DNA from: Bispira polyomma
Lineage: Eukaryota
Direction of reading: 5' to 3'
Length of the DNA stretch: 64,000 bases
Assembly (NCBI GenBank): GCA_965649765.1
Contig: OZ287752.1
Coordinates: 19,344,001-19,408,000, forward strand
Shown: positions 14,701 through 29,700 of the stretch, in pieces
Numbering within the stretch: the first letter of the stretch is position 1
How the letters are laid out: each line of letters opens with the position of its first letter
Notes under the pieces: generated by a model
What the model was told of the DNA's origin: nothing
The model's database searches: none
What the model saw: only the letters and a program-made list of their open reading frames with translations
Program-made: the position numbers and the translations under genes

Positions 14701-17700
14701 TTTGAGATACAACACTAAATACTAGAAATTGACCGTCTGACCCCAGTTTAACACCGACTCCAAGGTCACATATTAAATGTGACAAATGCATTAGATTCTT
14801 TGACCCCAGTTTCCTATTGCAGACTTACTGATTTTTTACAGGTAGCTTGGTTCCTGAAAATATGTTCATGGCATCCGGATCAGGTTATTACTATTACTCA
14901 ATGTACCACAAAATCCTCCACCCTGAAAATCCTTAAATTAATAATAACAATATTTACATGCACCAAAAAACATAAACATTTATGTTTTTGGATGTAATTG
15001 AATAAGTATCCTGAACTTAGAACATAGTCTTGAATACACAGGCCCCGGATTTACACAGGTCAGACAAAATGTACAGCTGTTTATCAGTATGCCAATGTTG
15101 CTATATATTTTAACTAGAAATTGCAAGGACATGGCATAAGCCATCAGAAATGGGACATATTTATGCATAGGCTGACAGAAACGGACCATGTTTTTGCGGT
15201 TAAAACTGTACATTAACATGAGTCAATGTCCCTTCCTCCCCATATTTAGATAATTTAAGAAACGGAAACAAAATTACTCCAAAGCTATGTCCATAAAAAC
15301 ATACATTTATTCCGGGGATGATAACTGCAATACCTTAAAGTAGACCTAGCGTATCGGAGAACCGATGCATATTTGTATCCACCAAAAAGCCAAAGCACCC
15401 GCAGTAGCAAGCACTCTAGCTAGTACCTAGAAGCCTATGATTTCCTATAGGGCATTTATGCTAAAGCCTTAAATGGCACAAGTGGGTTTGACAATGCAAA
15501 CCTGTGGGACCAATAATAAGTCTGTAATAGGCACTTTAAAGTTTGGCATACCAGTTTGACCTTGCATGAGAGATGCAAGGTTAAATGTGACCAAAAGATT
15601 AGCAGCCTATGATTTCCTGTAGGTTGGTTTCACATCCCAAACCTCTACGACCATGATTTTCTTAGGTTGGTTTGACATTCCAAATTTCTAGGACCAATAA
15701 TAAGCGAGTTATAAGCACTTTTAAATTTGACTACACTTATTTGACCTTTAAGGAGGGGCCCAAGGTCAAACCTAACCATATCAAAAGACTCCCAGCCCAT
15801 GATTTACTATAGGTTGGTTTTACATCCCAAACTGTAGAACCAATAATAAGAGAGTTATAAGCACTTTTAAGTTTGGCTACCTTCATCTGACCTTGAAGCA
15901 GGGACCCAAGGTCAAATCTGACCACATCAGAAGATTCCCAGCCCATGATTACCTATAAGTTGGTTTGACATTGCAAACCTGTAGGACCAATAATAAGGGA
16001 GTTATAAGCACTTTAAGTTTGGCTATCCTCGTTTGACCTTGAAGGAGGGGCCCAAGGTCAAATCTGACCACATCAGAAGTTTCCCAGCCCATGATTACCC
16101 ATAAGTTGGTGTCACAACTCAAAACTGTAGGACTAATAATACGTGAGTTATAAGCACTTTTAAGTTTAACTCCCCTTGTCTGACCTTGAAGAAGAGGCCC
16201 AAGGTCAAACCTAACCACATCAGAAGAGTCCTAGCCCATGATTATCTATAAGTTGGTTTTACATTGCAAACCTCTAGGACCAATAATAAGTGAGTTATAA
16301 GCACTTTTAAGTTTGGTTATCCTCGTTTAACCTTGAAGGAGGGGCCCAAGGTCAAACCTGACCACATTAGAAGATTCCCAGCCCACGATTTCCTATAGGT
16401 TGGCTTTACATGCCAAATGTCTAGGACCAATAATAAGGGAGATATAGGCACTTTTAAAGTCTGCTATGTGGGGTACTTTGGCACTCCGTGGATGACCTTA
16501 AATGAACTCCGTGGATGACCTTGAATAAAGAGCTTCAAGGTCAAATGCCTGCATGCCTGTAGAGGACATATATATCTGTTATACAAATCACCTATAAAGA
16601 GATTCAACCTTCTAGTTACGAGAACCAGCCAGTAGAAAAAGGTAGATAATTTTCAAAAAAAATTCCATGGCGGCCATCTTGTTTTTTAGAATGAGGGTAA
16701 TTTCAGTAGCAGAGATGCTTACCTCCCAATAAAGATATCCTGCAAATTTAGCTAAGCTAGCTGGTCTAGTTTTCCGCTGAGAGTGTTAACAGTAAAAATC
16801 TCTCTACGGCGGCGGCGGCAGCGGCGGCATAGCGAACGCTAAACCAGAGTATCCACCTCGGTGGATACAATAAGCAGAAACTTCTTTGACATTGGCGGTG
16901 ATCTAATTTTTCAGAATGGACCCAGAATCAATCCCAAGCAAGGCATATTCATGACAGACCCATGTATTAAATTTAGTGAAAATATCTGGAGGAGGTTCCT
17001 TTAAATGAGAGGAAACTGTTTTCACATTTGCAGCTAGTGCGTCAATCTTGCTTTTAATTTTTGTGTTTTGTTTTAATCAATCCATGTATTAAATTTTGTA
17101 AAGATATTATCAGTAGTTTTCCTTTAAATTAGTAGAAACTGTTTTCATGTTGTGGTAACCGCATCCATCTTGTAACCAGCAGTAAATCAAATGCAGACAG
17201 TTAAAACAAAAAAAATATTTTAAAGTGTTACTTGTGGGTTACATACTGAAAAAAGATATATCAGACTTTTTTAGCGCTTATTTTCATTGTAACAAATTCT
17301 AAGGCGCAAAAAACACAGCCAGAGTCAAAAAACATAGGTGATAGACAGAAGGAAGTCATCATCAATGCGTCCACCGAAAACAGGAAAGAGACTATGCAGG
17401 GATTGCATCATTGATCAGATAGGTCTTTAAACTGCACCGGAAGGAATACAGGGACGGACCTATTGTGTTGAGGCAAACTATTCCATAGGGTAGGGGCATC
17501 ATTTGCAAAACTTTTATCAAAGTGAACCTTTGACCTGTGTACTTTGGACTTATATTTTGGAACAAGAAGGAATCTATTTTTGGAAGCGGCTCTCCTCTCC
17601 TCCATCGACCAACCAATATAAGGTATCCTTCTCTGGTTCTAGAAGTAACCTTAAGACCGATATTTTCACCCTCACATACCCTCCATAGTCATTTTTCTCA

Positions 17701-20700
17701 TCCACGCCACCCTCTGTTCACGAATTTGCATTGGAAACAGACCATCATTTTAACAACTTTGTCAGTGAGGTTGCGCTGTTATCAATTACGTACGTTAAAA
17801 AGCTATTACATCATATCATTGTATGAGAAAGCACATTCTTTTGTTGAATACCAGCAATGGCCTCATATATGGGAGAAGTTGGAGGAAAATCAGAGGAATT
17901 GTCATTAAGTACATAATTCTCTGTTTTTTTCTAATAAGCAGCTTTTGGTAGAAATCTGAAGCTGTTCTGGGGAAGAAGACTTACAAATTAACAGTATTCA
18001 GGTCTTTGTAGCAAAAAAATTATTACAGGTAACGTTCTCAAAATATCTGTGTTTTCATTATGGGTCATCCCCATTTGTAAAGAAAATTAATTCAGTAAAA
18101 ATATTGTAATTATTGTATCTGAAAACCACATTTCCATAACTTAGGTTTGTGTTAATAGACAATGGGCCTTATTGAGAGGGTTTGAGGGGTAATATGAATC
18201 AATTTTAACACCGGCTTTGTTTTATAAATGCTGCTAACAATATCTATGTTTTTATAATGGTTGTCTTATGTGATATATGCATACTACGGTGAATTTTTAC
18301 TTATGTTGGGTTGAAGTATAAAAGACCTACATTTTGTTTAGCAAAACAGGCATCTGTAAAAAAATGTTGTGATGCTAAAAACTCTCATCCTCAATAAAAG
18401 AGACTAACATGGTTTTTTTATGTAAAATTTATATTACATTTTTAATGGAAAACCATGATAAAAAACAATCAATGAGTTTAGACTGTAGATAAAAACGATC
18501 AGTTTCTAAAATTTTCAAAGGGATCCAAGGTAAAGTTATATCATGTCTAGATGTCATACCTGTGATATCTGTATGATAAACTTTGAAAGATGTGAACAAG
18601 TTCATTCTATACAAATGTTACAAGCTTCATATTTTACAAATCTTCAAAGAAATCCGAGCCCCAAAAAGTAAATATAGTCGATAGTCCCAGATTTTACTTT
18701 AATATTCTGTCACTGTGTTAAATTTCCTAACATAAAGGACTATAAGCAGAACACTCATTTATATACAAGTGTGTATAATTTAATTTATTCTAAAGCATTT
18801 CTTTGTTGTATAAAATCTGATTGTAATCCACTCATTTATCAAGGTATTGCTAGTGTTTACTGCTAACCAAACAGAGAATAATAAATAACAATAATGGATG
18901 GATAAAAGGGGTGAATACTGTAAAAGTTAATGCCAAACAACTACCGCTTATAGAAATTAAAATAGCTTTAATAATGCACGGGTCACAAATATGAATTAAG
19001 TTTGACACATGCGATAAATACCAGGCTACAATAGAAGATTTTAAGAACACAGTGCAAATGTAGCCAATCTCGAAATAGTAAAATATTTAATATATATTTA
19101 ATACAAACATAGATTTCTTAAAGAGATTATCCCATAATATTGTTATATCTGTACCGGATACGATTTGTAGTGTCACTATATTACATCAAAAATCTTTAAA
19201 TTTTGGCCATTTTTAACCGGACCCTATATCATTATGGTAGTTTCCCATGTATCTGACCTGTTTATCTTACCAAAAGCAATGTATCCAGTGGTATTCGGAA
19301 TAAACAAACTTATTCTGTATGTTGTTCTTTCTTGAACATTTAGTGGCCATCTGTCCTGAGGTCTAACTTGTAGTAGCAATATTATTTTATCAATAACTGA
19401 CCGCCAAAGAAACATAACTGTGGTATACACTTATATAAATTTTGTAAAATGTATCAAGAAGTTTGGGTTTCCACACTGACATAACATGAAAAACAGGCTA
19501 AACTTGAAGCTACATTGATATGATGAAAGTAAGAACACTTCACAACTTTATACTTGTATCTATGAGCATATAATTTCTTTGGTCACATTTTATCGTCTTG
19601 ATCCTTCAGTTAAGGTGTCTTGAACTGTCATTTTTCTTATTTATGTTTAACAAATAGAATTTTCAATTTTATCTGAAACGCATATTACCCATATAGCTTA
19701 TATTATGTACATTCATGCAATGTTCAGAAAATAACCTTGGCTGTTATCAAACTACCTGCTGAATAGCTGTACATGGTGTATTGTGTCAAATAACTTGTTT
19801 TACAGAAAGAATATTTTTCAAAATTACTTGGTTTGATCAAACAAAAAAATTATTATGTTTACATCAACATTTAACAATCAACATTGATATTTCAGTGAGT
19901 CGTAAGTATGATTTACTGTTTTATCTCATCAAGTAAAAAGTTTAGTTTAAAGAGTGTTTAATGTTGCTTTGAACACATTTTGGGTCATATCATGACGAGC
20001 AGTTTTCTAGTTTGAAAAATCAGTTCGGAACGTTGGTCAAGGTTTTTTGCTCTGCAAACCACAAAACTTCAGCAAGTTTACTGCCAACATTCCTATGCAA
20101 AAACCCACAACAGAAGAGGTAGAAGGAGAGTCTGTTACTTATAACCAAAAGTAAAAAAGAATCATTTTTTTTTCAAACACCAAAATAAAGCAAGCTACCA
20201 ATGTATTATTTATTAACAATAACTTACATTTCACTCCTAGTGTAAACGTCCTTTTCAGGCTGGTATGTACCACCACACAACTATATTTCACTCTATTCAG
20301 TGTACGGTCAGTCTGTATCGTCAGTGTACTCTCCACATATTTAGTACTGTACTGACCATCAGTCTCCTTATCAGTCACAGTCTCCAGGTTATTATCTACA
20401 GGTACAGACTGACTATTTCTGTACCACCTTACTGTAGGTGCAGGATTACCTTCGTCTGTTCTACATATCACAGTTATATCTGCATGCTCTTCTAACAACT
20501 CTGTGGGAGCACCTGTCATCGTTAATTCTGTGGCTTCAACTAAAATCAGCATACAATGAACATTCACATAGTTTCAATATTTTGCTTCATAAATGTCATT
20601 AAAACATGCAGACAAGATGTTTAGCGTTATCTGAGCAAATTTTACTACAAATCTACAACTAAAACAGATATACCACTACACCAAAACAATAGATTCCAAT

Positions 20701-23700
20701 TTAAATATAAAAGACTGTTACATTTGTTTTAATTATTGCTCGTCAATTTTGTGCTGAAAGAGAAAGAGACAAACCAATCCAATGACAACCAACTTAACAA
20801 GTACCAAAACATGTAGTGTAGGTATTTTGTGAAAATTTTATCAAAATATACTGCCGTTACAATATCAGGAAGCATTTCTTATGAGCAACAACTAATATGC
20901 TTATCTATATGCAACATGTTACTTGTACCTTACATATTGTTTGGTACAAAACTTATATTTTATAATCCTGTGTTATTCACAATGCACTGTGCTGATGAAA
21001 ATAAAGTCTGTATCCATTAGCATCTGATACATCTTCAAGATGTGACCATCAAGGCTTTATTTAGATATATTTATAATGTTCATATTAGCTTATTGATATT
21101 TGCCTTATATCATCATCTTACAGGAGATTTTCATCAATTTGGTGCTCCATAAGGTTTAAAGGTTGTTCTGATATGATAGGTTAACCCTGATAGCTCCAAG
21201 TTGTACTATATTTGTCTCAATTATAGCCTCAGAGACTCTTATGTAAACTTATAACATCCCAATTATTTTGAGTACACAAATACCAAAGAATGTTGCACCT
21301 ATATAATAGATTAAGTACAAATACATAAGGGAGGTATATATTTCCTGGTACTCTATAAATAGAGTAAGTAAGTTTTGAGTTTGCATGATATCAATGTTTA
21401 AATCCTTTAGATAGCCTTCTCTGTTTTCAAACAAAACAAATATGATTCAATATATGTAATGGATGATACATAAATATTCAAAGGCAACTCACATAAAACA
21501 GTGTAATATCTTCCATCAGACAACACCTTATAGTCATAACTCCCTGGATCAGATGAAGTAGCTGTACACTTATATATTACACCATTGATCCCTCTTGTTA
21601 TGTCTACACTATAACTGAGTTCTCTCCCTGTCACTGACTTCACCTCCACATCCCCTCTGTATTGAGTCAGTACAGGTTCTGGGTTTGCTGAGGTAGAGAT
21701 ACACTCTATCTGTCTGGTATCTCCATCTGTGGGATTGGGGCTAGAGTTGGTGTTAAATGTCAAAGAAGGTTCAACTGAAACAAATACATCAGAAACATGC
21801 AATATGTTAGCAATATCAAATATATATGAATACCTCAGTACTCAATAAAACAGAAGAATGAATTTTAACGTTTTTAGATTGTTTAGTTTCTGGTACCAAT
21901 GATTTTAGAATATAAATAAGAATTATTCATTCGATATAGGTCATTATAAACATCACTGTTATCTAATGCGCTTATGACATTATTACCCCAGCCTGGGTTC
22001 TTCAACTTGTCAACCATTGTACAGTCTACATTGTACTAGCCGAGCTGCCACATACGGCACTCAGACTAACACCCATTAGCGACTCTGAAGATTACTGAGA
22101 TCCAAAGTCTGACACTCTAACCACTAGGCCACAGAGACTACATTTGCTGACAATAATAAAAAAGTATAATTTTCCCTGAAACTTTCACATCTTACATGAA
22201 ATTAAAAAGTAGATGAATAGGTTATTTTATACAAAAATCACAATCACAATAAGTGCCGAAATTATTAGCAATCAAATAAAAATCAAATTATCAACCGATT
22301 GTTCTCAAAATTACCCGGCACCATTGTATTTAGCTATAACAAATATGATCCTTGAAAAAGTAGTGACTATAACTTTTTCACACCAGGGGTCAAGCAACTT
22401 TGAATTAGGTCAAAGTTGACATCCAAGTATTTGAACAATTTATCCCACCACTGGTTGCAATAAGTAACAAAAATTGTTTTACAACTTACAATATTGAGAA
22501 ATATATTAAGCAAAGAAAAAAAACAGTGAATATATATGTATAAAGCAAAATACCCAATATAGGTACACAGTACTCATTAACCCTTTTGATCTCACAAAAA
22601 ACTATTGCTGGGAAGGGAATTTTTTTGTTTTGGGAATAGGTTACAGATAGCTGGAGTCGCTATAACACACACCACAGTCTACTTCCAGCATTCAATAACA
22701 GCTTCACGTATAATATTTAAACAAAGGAATCTGCTGTACTAACAAAATTACAGCAGAATTTTTTTTTTTTTTTTTTTTGGTGGGGGTGTGGACTGCATTC
22801 CAACAGACACATGTTCTGGTAGTTACCAATGCTGTTGACTGCTTGCCGACATCATAGGGCTTGAAAGAGTTAAATGCTGCACCTAGAGCTTTGAAATTGT
22901 CCCACCATACAAAAAATTAGAAAGTAGGCAAATAACTTATTTTAACAAAAAGCTGAAATGGGAATTAATTTCTGACATAAGAGCCCACATAGCAGGAAAG
23001 TACAAATTATGCACATATGTATCGAAAATCAATCACTTGCCAGTCAATTACTACTCGATTTGTGTCAAAATTACTTCTAAAATGACCCAATTTTATAAAT
23101 ACTTTACAAAGTTGGTGATCACACTTTCTTTCAAAAAACTGTGAATTTGGAGTCAGATATAAGAAGAAGTGTTATAACAACATATTTCTTGAGTTGATAA
23201 AGTGGCAGAGATGAAGTTATTAGCACCCATGTAACATTCAAACACTACAAATGATGACAGATAATTGTACAGCAAAAAATTCAACGCACACGTTCCTTCA
23301 CAAACACATCAATGTAAAAATATTACTACTGCCTAAATAACAAAAATAATGTGAATAGTAGTTTAATAGACAATTGACCTATTGTTGCTATAGAAGTATT
23401 TTATTTTCCATAAGAGAGAAATGATTCAGAAATAAAGCATAATACAATATTACTCACACCACACAATAATCTTCTGTCTCTCTGACTCTACATCAAACTC
23501 CCAGCCTGCAATGTTGTTATTGTCATCGATTCTACAGAAAAACTCAGCCTTATTGTCTGCTGACCCTACACTGTCAGTCCAGATCAGTGTCACATCAGTG
23601 ACAGACTTGACCACAGTGGTAGACTGACCCTTCCTCTGTCTGTACAGTCTTAGTCTAGGTAAGGGGTTACTAGAGGTGGTACATGTGAAGGTCATTGGAG

Positions 23701-26700
23701 TGTCTTCTGGTACTGAACTGTCGGATATCTCTAAAGTTACATCTGTGGCTGGAACTTAGGGCAACATATTAGTAGTATGTACAAAATCTTAAAAAGGCAA
23801 CTGATATACAAGCACCCTATTCGCACATTTTAGTTGACAATATATATGAATAGCTAAAAACGTGTAATATCTAACAAAACTCCCCATGTGGTTTTGAAAC
23901 ACAAGTACTAACTATTCAAATTAAATACTAATTATAATATATAGATTCCACTACAATGATACTTTTATATATCCTTTACATACCATATATATCCAGTGTT
24001 TTGACTGTAGATGTTCTCACTGTCTCTACACTTGTTCCTTCCATCCATGTGACCTCACACTGTACCTGTTGACCTTGGTGTTCACTGTAGGTAAATGTTG
24101 CAGTCTGTCTATACTTTACAGTATACGTCCCATTCACTGACCCTGTAGTCTGTGTCTTTGTACCAGATGTCAGTGTAGACTCCCCTACCTTTACACCAAA
24201 CTCTATCACCTCCTGACCTCTGTACACTGAGTTCACCTCACACTCTATGGCCTGTTTTACTCCTTCTATTACAACATCTAGACCTTCTAGTGTCACAGAA
24301 GATGGGCGTACTGCAATAAAATTTAAACAAAAGTATAAACTTCAACTGATCAGACGAAACTGTTATGCATGAGCAATATTTCCAGTTATAAATGTAGTAC
24401 TTAATTAAAAAGTCACCCTCATGCTAATAACTCAAGAAGAACACCCTACTGACTGTTGGTTACATTGTCAGCCAATGTCTAAAGATTATGGTATTATTAA
24501 GTATTATTAAATTGTAAATTTGAATTTGGATATTTAACGGCCCCTTTAAATGGTAAATATTCGCCTAGCTAAACATCTACATATCTGAAAGCTTACTATG
24601 ATATGGCACAAAACTAAAGTATGTGAAGTACATATTTTACAAAAGTAGCCCATTCTCAATGATAAATAAGTCACAGGATAATTCTTTCATATTCAAATAT
24701 CTATTAGAGACTTCCTAGACATGTAAACCTCTGTAATCTTGTCATATTGCAATTTACCTGAACCCTAATTTTCATAAGTTTGTGACTTTCACTCTAATTA
24801 CTCATTTAAGTACAGATTAAGCACCACACAAACACCTCTACGACTTTGTTATATTTTAGCATACAAACAGGGATACCATAGTCTTTCTCCTCAGGAATGA
24901 CAAACAAATATACAAACAAAAGTGTAATCATTATGAAACAAGTCCAGTTACATGCACTGAAATAATGTATTTACTCATGTGTGAGTAATTTTGTTTTTGT
25001 TTTTTATTGATCATATATAATGAAATCTGACCAGTGCATTACATTTTCTGAACCTGATTTAGAACTAATAGTCAAGTAAATACAGCCAAATATATGACAA
25101 GTAACTATTGTGTAGTTATAAAAATAACCTTAAAACGAATCAATATGGAACAAACTTTAATGACATAATGACAAAATATAAAATAGTCTTACACATCAGT
25201 AGCCTTTATATGTAGCCACAAAAGACAAATATAATACAGTTCAAATAGTACCAGCATATAAGATAGTCTTACACACCAGTAGCCATTATATCTAGCCACA
25301 AAAGACAAAGTTGACTTCATAATATTAGGACTAGCCATAAAACCATTTAAAAGTTACTTCACATAAACTGGTTACCAACATTGAATAAATTTGCAAATAC
25401 CATTGGCCAACTAATCATGGCCCCAACATTGACCATTGTGCATAAACTTGTCCCCTACTGACTACTTTAGTTTCATGCTCATGTACATTGTCTCCTAACC
25501 GAGCAAAAACGACATAATGAGAGCTTAATCTCGTTAAAGCTGAGGCAAAAGGGAGGTGGTGGGAAAAATAAAATATATGTGTGTGTTGTTCCTTCAATAT
25601 CGAAATTCAATATTGAAGCTTGAAAAGGCGGGAACTAAATAAGGTAGCTAAAATTCTAATTGGCTGTTGGTTGGATAGACAGAAGAAAAATTATACTGGT
25701 AGCTTAGCCCAATTAAAAAGTAGGGTTAAACAGAACTAATTCTTTGTGGACATAGGTAGCATTTCCCTAAACGTGTCCTGCTTACCACAGTCCCCAAGTG
25801 TTAAATGAAAGGTTGAAAGGTAAATGTCCAAAGGTCAAGTTGAAGATATTAAGTTGATAGTATAGGTGAGATATAAAGCCGGTAATAAAAAGATTCAGTT
25901 TGAGGCTTTATTTTACATGTTAGTTTCCTGTATATATACATTAATGGTTAGGTAATATATAGAATGCTTAAATTTTTAAAATTATGTAAAATTTTAGAGC
26001 CCCAAAGCCAAATTACAGGGACGAAGAGATAGCTGAGGCAAAAGTGAGGGGGACCACAGAAGCAGCCATTGAGGTTTTTTGAAGATAAGCCCAGACCGAT
26101 GAAAACCTCCAAAGAGCATGGGCCATGATGTTTTGGAGTGATACATTATGATTAAATCAAACATTGAACCCGACCTCCTGAATGTATGAAAACCATCCTA
26201 TTTGAGTAAGCACTTTCTCCAGTGCAGCCCTAACATGTGAATCCACCCCTGTGTAATAGGGGGGCCACCTACTGCAAATAATGGTGCTGTAGGGGTAATG
26301 GACTAGCTAACAGCAGTCTTTTGAGTGCTGTGACTGGGCAAATAATCTTATTTTCCAGGGTGAACTGATATCTAAATTATGTATGTATCAGTCCTGTTCT
26401 GTAAATGTTTGGCCCATTTCAGTATTAGGTGAATCCCAGGATGGCCAAATACCACATACTGTCTCAAAACTTGTCTACAAGGTCAAAAGCAGCTCTAGAA
26501 TGAGGTGATAGATTTTATAGTCTCAAAAAATCAAAGAAGGCCACCAGAAATGCAGAAATTTTAATGTAAACGCTACATTATCAAATTTTTCTTTGTCAAC
26601 GTTATCATTAAGTGAAGCCCATAAGGGTGTGATGAATTCAGAATAACACATCGTTTTGTAGTATCCTTAGGTCTAGGTAACAATGGAGAACAATTATAAA

Positions 26701-29700
26701 AACAAATTAATATCCTTACTTGGACCTAGCATCGCTCCAAGCGACATTTCTTTTTGTAGATATTCACCCACTGCTTGAGGGTGCTGTAATGCTGAAAAAT
26801 GATTTTTGACCTAGTCATTTCTAACCTCATTTGACTCTTTCAATGACAAGGGAAATTCAAATTGCACGTATTGAATTAGTAGTTCATCAGGGTAGTTCCA
26901 AGCGACATTCCTTTTTGTAGATATTCACCCACTGCTTGAGGGTGCTTTAATTTTAAGACCAGAACTTTTTTCCAGAACAATTTTTCCAGGCTTTAATTTT
27001 CAGACCAGAACTTATTGGTATCCTGACCTATCCGCAATTTTAAATTATTTTGAAATAGAATTCATTTTAATGGGTTGCCTAACTGGCCTCTGAAACTGAA
27101 AGTTTGTTGGTGAAAGTGCTATAAATCCAATTTCCTTACTGTGGTCATCGATATCCCTAGCTCGCTTGTTAACGGGGTTGCTAGTATTCTCAGTGAAAAA
27201 CATTTTAGTAAAGTTTTTGGAAGAAGAAAGGTTTGTGACTAAACTATGGTGTGTAAGAATGTTACCTTGTTTAAAGTCAGTGTCCTTGATCATGACAATA
27301 TTATTGACTGCATTTATTTTCCTAACATTTTGAGACAATTGAATTTTGTTATCACAATTTTCACATATGAGTACCAATATTTATTTTCCATTGTTGACAG
27401 AAAAAAACCTGAATGAGCCCATTATTGCTTCTGGCAAAAACTACAGGTAATGCCCGCATCCCTGTGTGCTGTATATATTGCCAATTTGTCACATTAACTA
27501 TCATGGTTCTGTCTTGATTATTGTTCCCCATACTGGTAATCATAGTTTTATTTTTTGTCACAGACACCATGACAACATCTTGTTTGACATAATGAACCTT
27601 TTATTCTTTCAGTATCTCAGGTTTCTGCTTAACAGAGTTCCTATCGTCTTGGACTGTGTCGACATGCATTAGACTCTTATTGGTTTCTAAAACATTCCTA
27701 CATATAATATCATTATATATGTTAGCATTATGTTTTATACAGTTTAATACATTTTCCTTATCTATTCCTTCTTTTTGAAATTCGTTATCGTTTTTAACAC
27801 ACATTACTACAGACATTACTACAGACATTACTACAGACATTACAATTTATAAATTTGTTATCAATAATGCACTCATATATGTTATCATTAACGTTAGGTA
27901 GTTTCTGCTTTCCCTTATGATCAACTAATTTTTAATGTTCTCTTTTAATTTCCCATTATTTAACTCACTGTTCCCCAAGTTCTGTGGTTCTGCAAGTCGA
28001 GTACCTTCCTATTTAGTAGCTGGCTGACTGTCAGCTTACTTATTAGCATTTGCTCTGTAACATTTAAATTCAGGATGTCCCTGCTCTTTCCCCAACACTT
28101 CAGAACAGTACCAACAGTCATGCTTGTAGCTCCCATGATATGATTTATACAAACACTTGCCATTGTTGAATAGCTTGCACTTCACTTTGGCATTGTTTGT
28201 GCTGTGACCGTACCTTGGCTAAGATGGTTGGCCATCACCAGTTGTGAGGCGTTGAATTGATTGATGGCCCATTGCGTGATCTCCTGCCAGGAAAGCCTAC
28301 CTTCTTCTATTTCCTGCATGTTCAGGGCCTATGCAGTACGTACTACGGGCCATGGAAGTGATGCTGCATCGCATAGTATGTATATGAGCTGATGTAGCAT
28401 ATTACTCCATTATCTGGAGGGCATTCAAAACCTGCCCTGCTACCCACTGAGGAAATGCTAGGTCATCAAACAAACTTTCTAGCTAACACAGCCCTTATTC
28501 GGCCATCTGAACCGAGCATCAATTGTGGTCACATCTGTGTTATTAAACCTTCCCGATTTTGTACGAGCACTCAGCTTACATTGAAGTAGGGTTTGGTTGG
28601 CAAGAATTTCATATTCAGTCAACTGATGTGACACTGCCAGTTGAATATTGGGTAGTGTTCTCAAGATGTCCACGCTTGGGATGATTCTGTCTGGGGCATA
28701 TTCACGCGGGATGACCCCTGGCTAGTGTTGCATTGGTAGAATTGTATGCCCCGTGTGGATGTGCTGATGCAGCAAGTGAGAGTGAACTGGGTGTCACTAC
28801 AGGGGTGGAACTAGTCATTGAACGAGCTTTGACCCTGTCTATTCTCATCTCCAGTCTTTTCAATATGGCCAGAACCTCGCTTGAGTTATCACTGGGGGCA
28901 GAACTGTGACTGTGAATGTGACCATTGGCCGTGAGAGGTGTACGATGAACAGGCACGTTCGTGGACAGAAGTTGGCTGTGTATGTTGTCTAGGCCAGAGT
29001 CTGAGTCCAACAAGGAGAACATAGCCGCCTCGCTGAATTGGCTTACAGGGTTTGTTATAGTAGAAGCTGATACCTGTGAACTCAAGACTTTTTCTTGTGC
29101 ACTCGTTTCTTTGCTGTTGGCTTCTTTGTTTTGAAAACGGCCCAATTCTGAGTTTTCTTGATGCCTCCCATGATCCCATGAGAACTGAATTCTCCCAAAC
29201 TGATTAGTACCATTCGTGACCAATGTATTACACACAGACTCGTGTTAAAATAAAAACACTTTGTAAAGAAGTTTAATATAAAAAAGGAAAAATAAAAAAT
29301 AATATATATGTGTGTGTTGTTTCTTCAATGTCGAAATTCAATATGGAAGCTTGAAAAAGCGGGAACTTAAGAAGGTAGCTAAAATTCTAATTGGCTGTTG
29401 GTTGGATAGATAGATGAAAAATTATACTGGTAGCTTAGCCTAATTAAAAATTAGGGTTAAACAGAACTAATTCTTTGTGGACTGACATAGCAGTTCCCTA
29501 AAGGTGTCTTGCTTACCAAAGGCTTTATAACTGGATAGTTCAAGCAATAAACTTCAAATTTTCAACGCATTGGACGATTTGTGAAATTCTTTTTGGCATT
29601 AGATCAGGGGAGAAAAGTTACAACACATATTAAATTGATGAATATTGTTGTTACATATGGAAAGTAGTACATAAATAACTCAAGAACAAATAATCGCAGA

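Noticed and set aside
15490-16545. CRISPR-like array
   Set aside because: Whole 147-bp units repeat with no unique spacers; eukaryotic intron, no cas genes
22577-22873. piggyBac-like MITE (TTAACCCTTT...AAAGAGTTAA)
   Set aside because: Inverted match too short and degenerate to support
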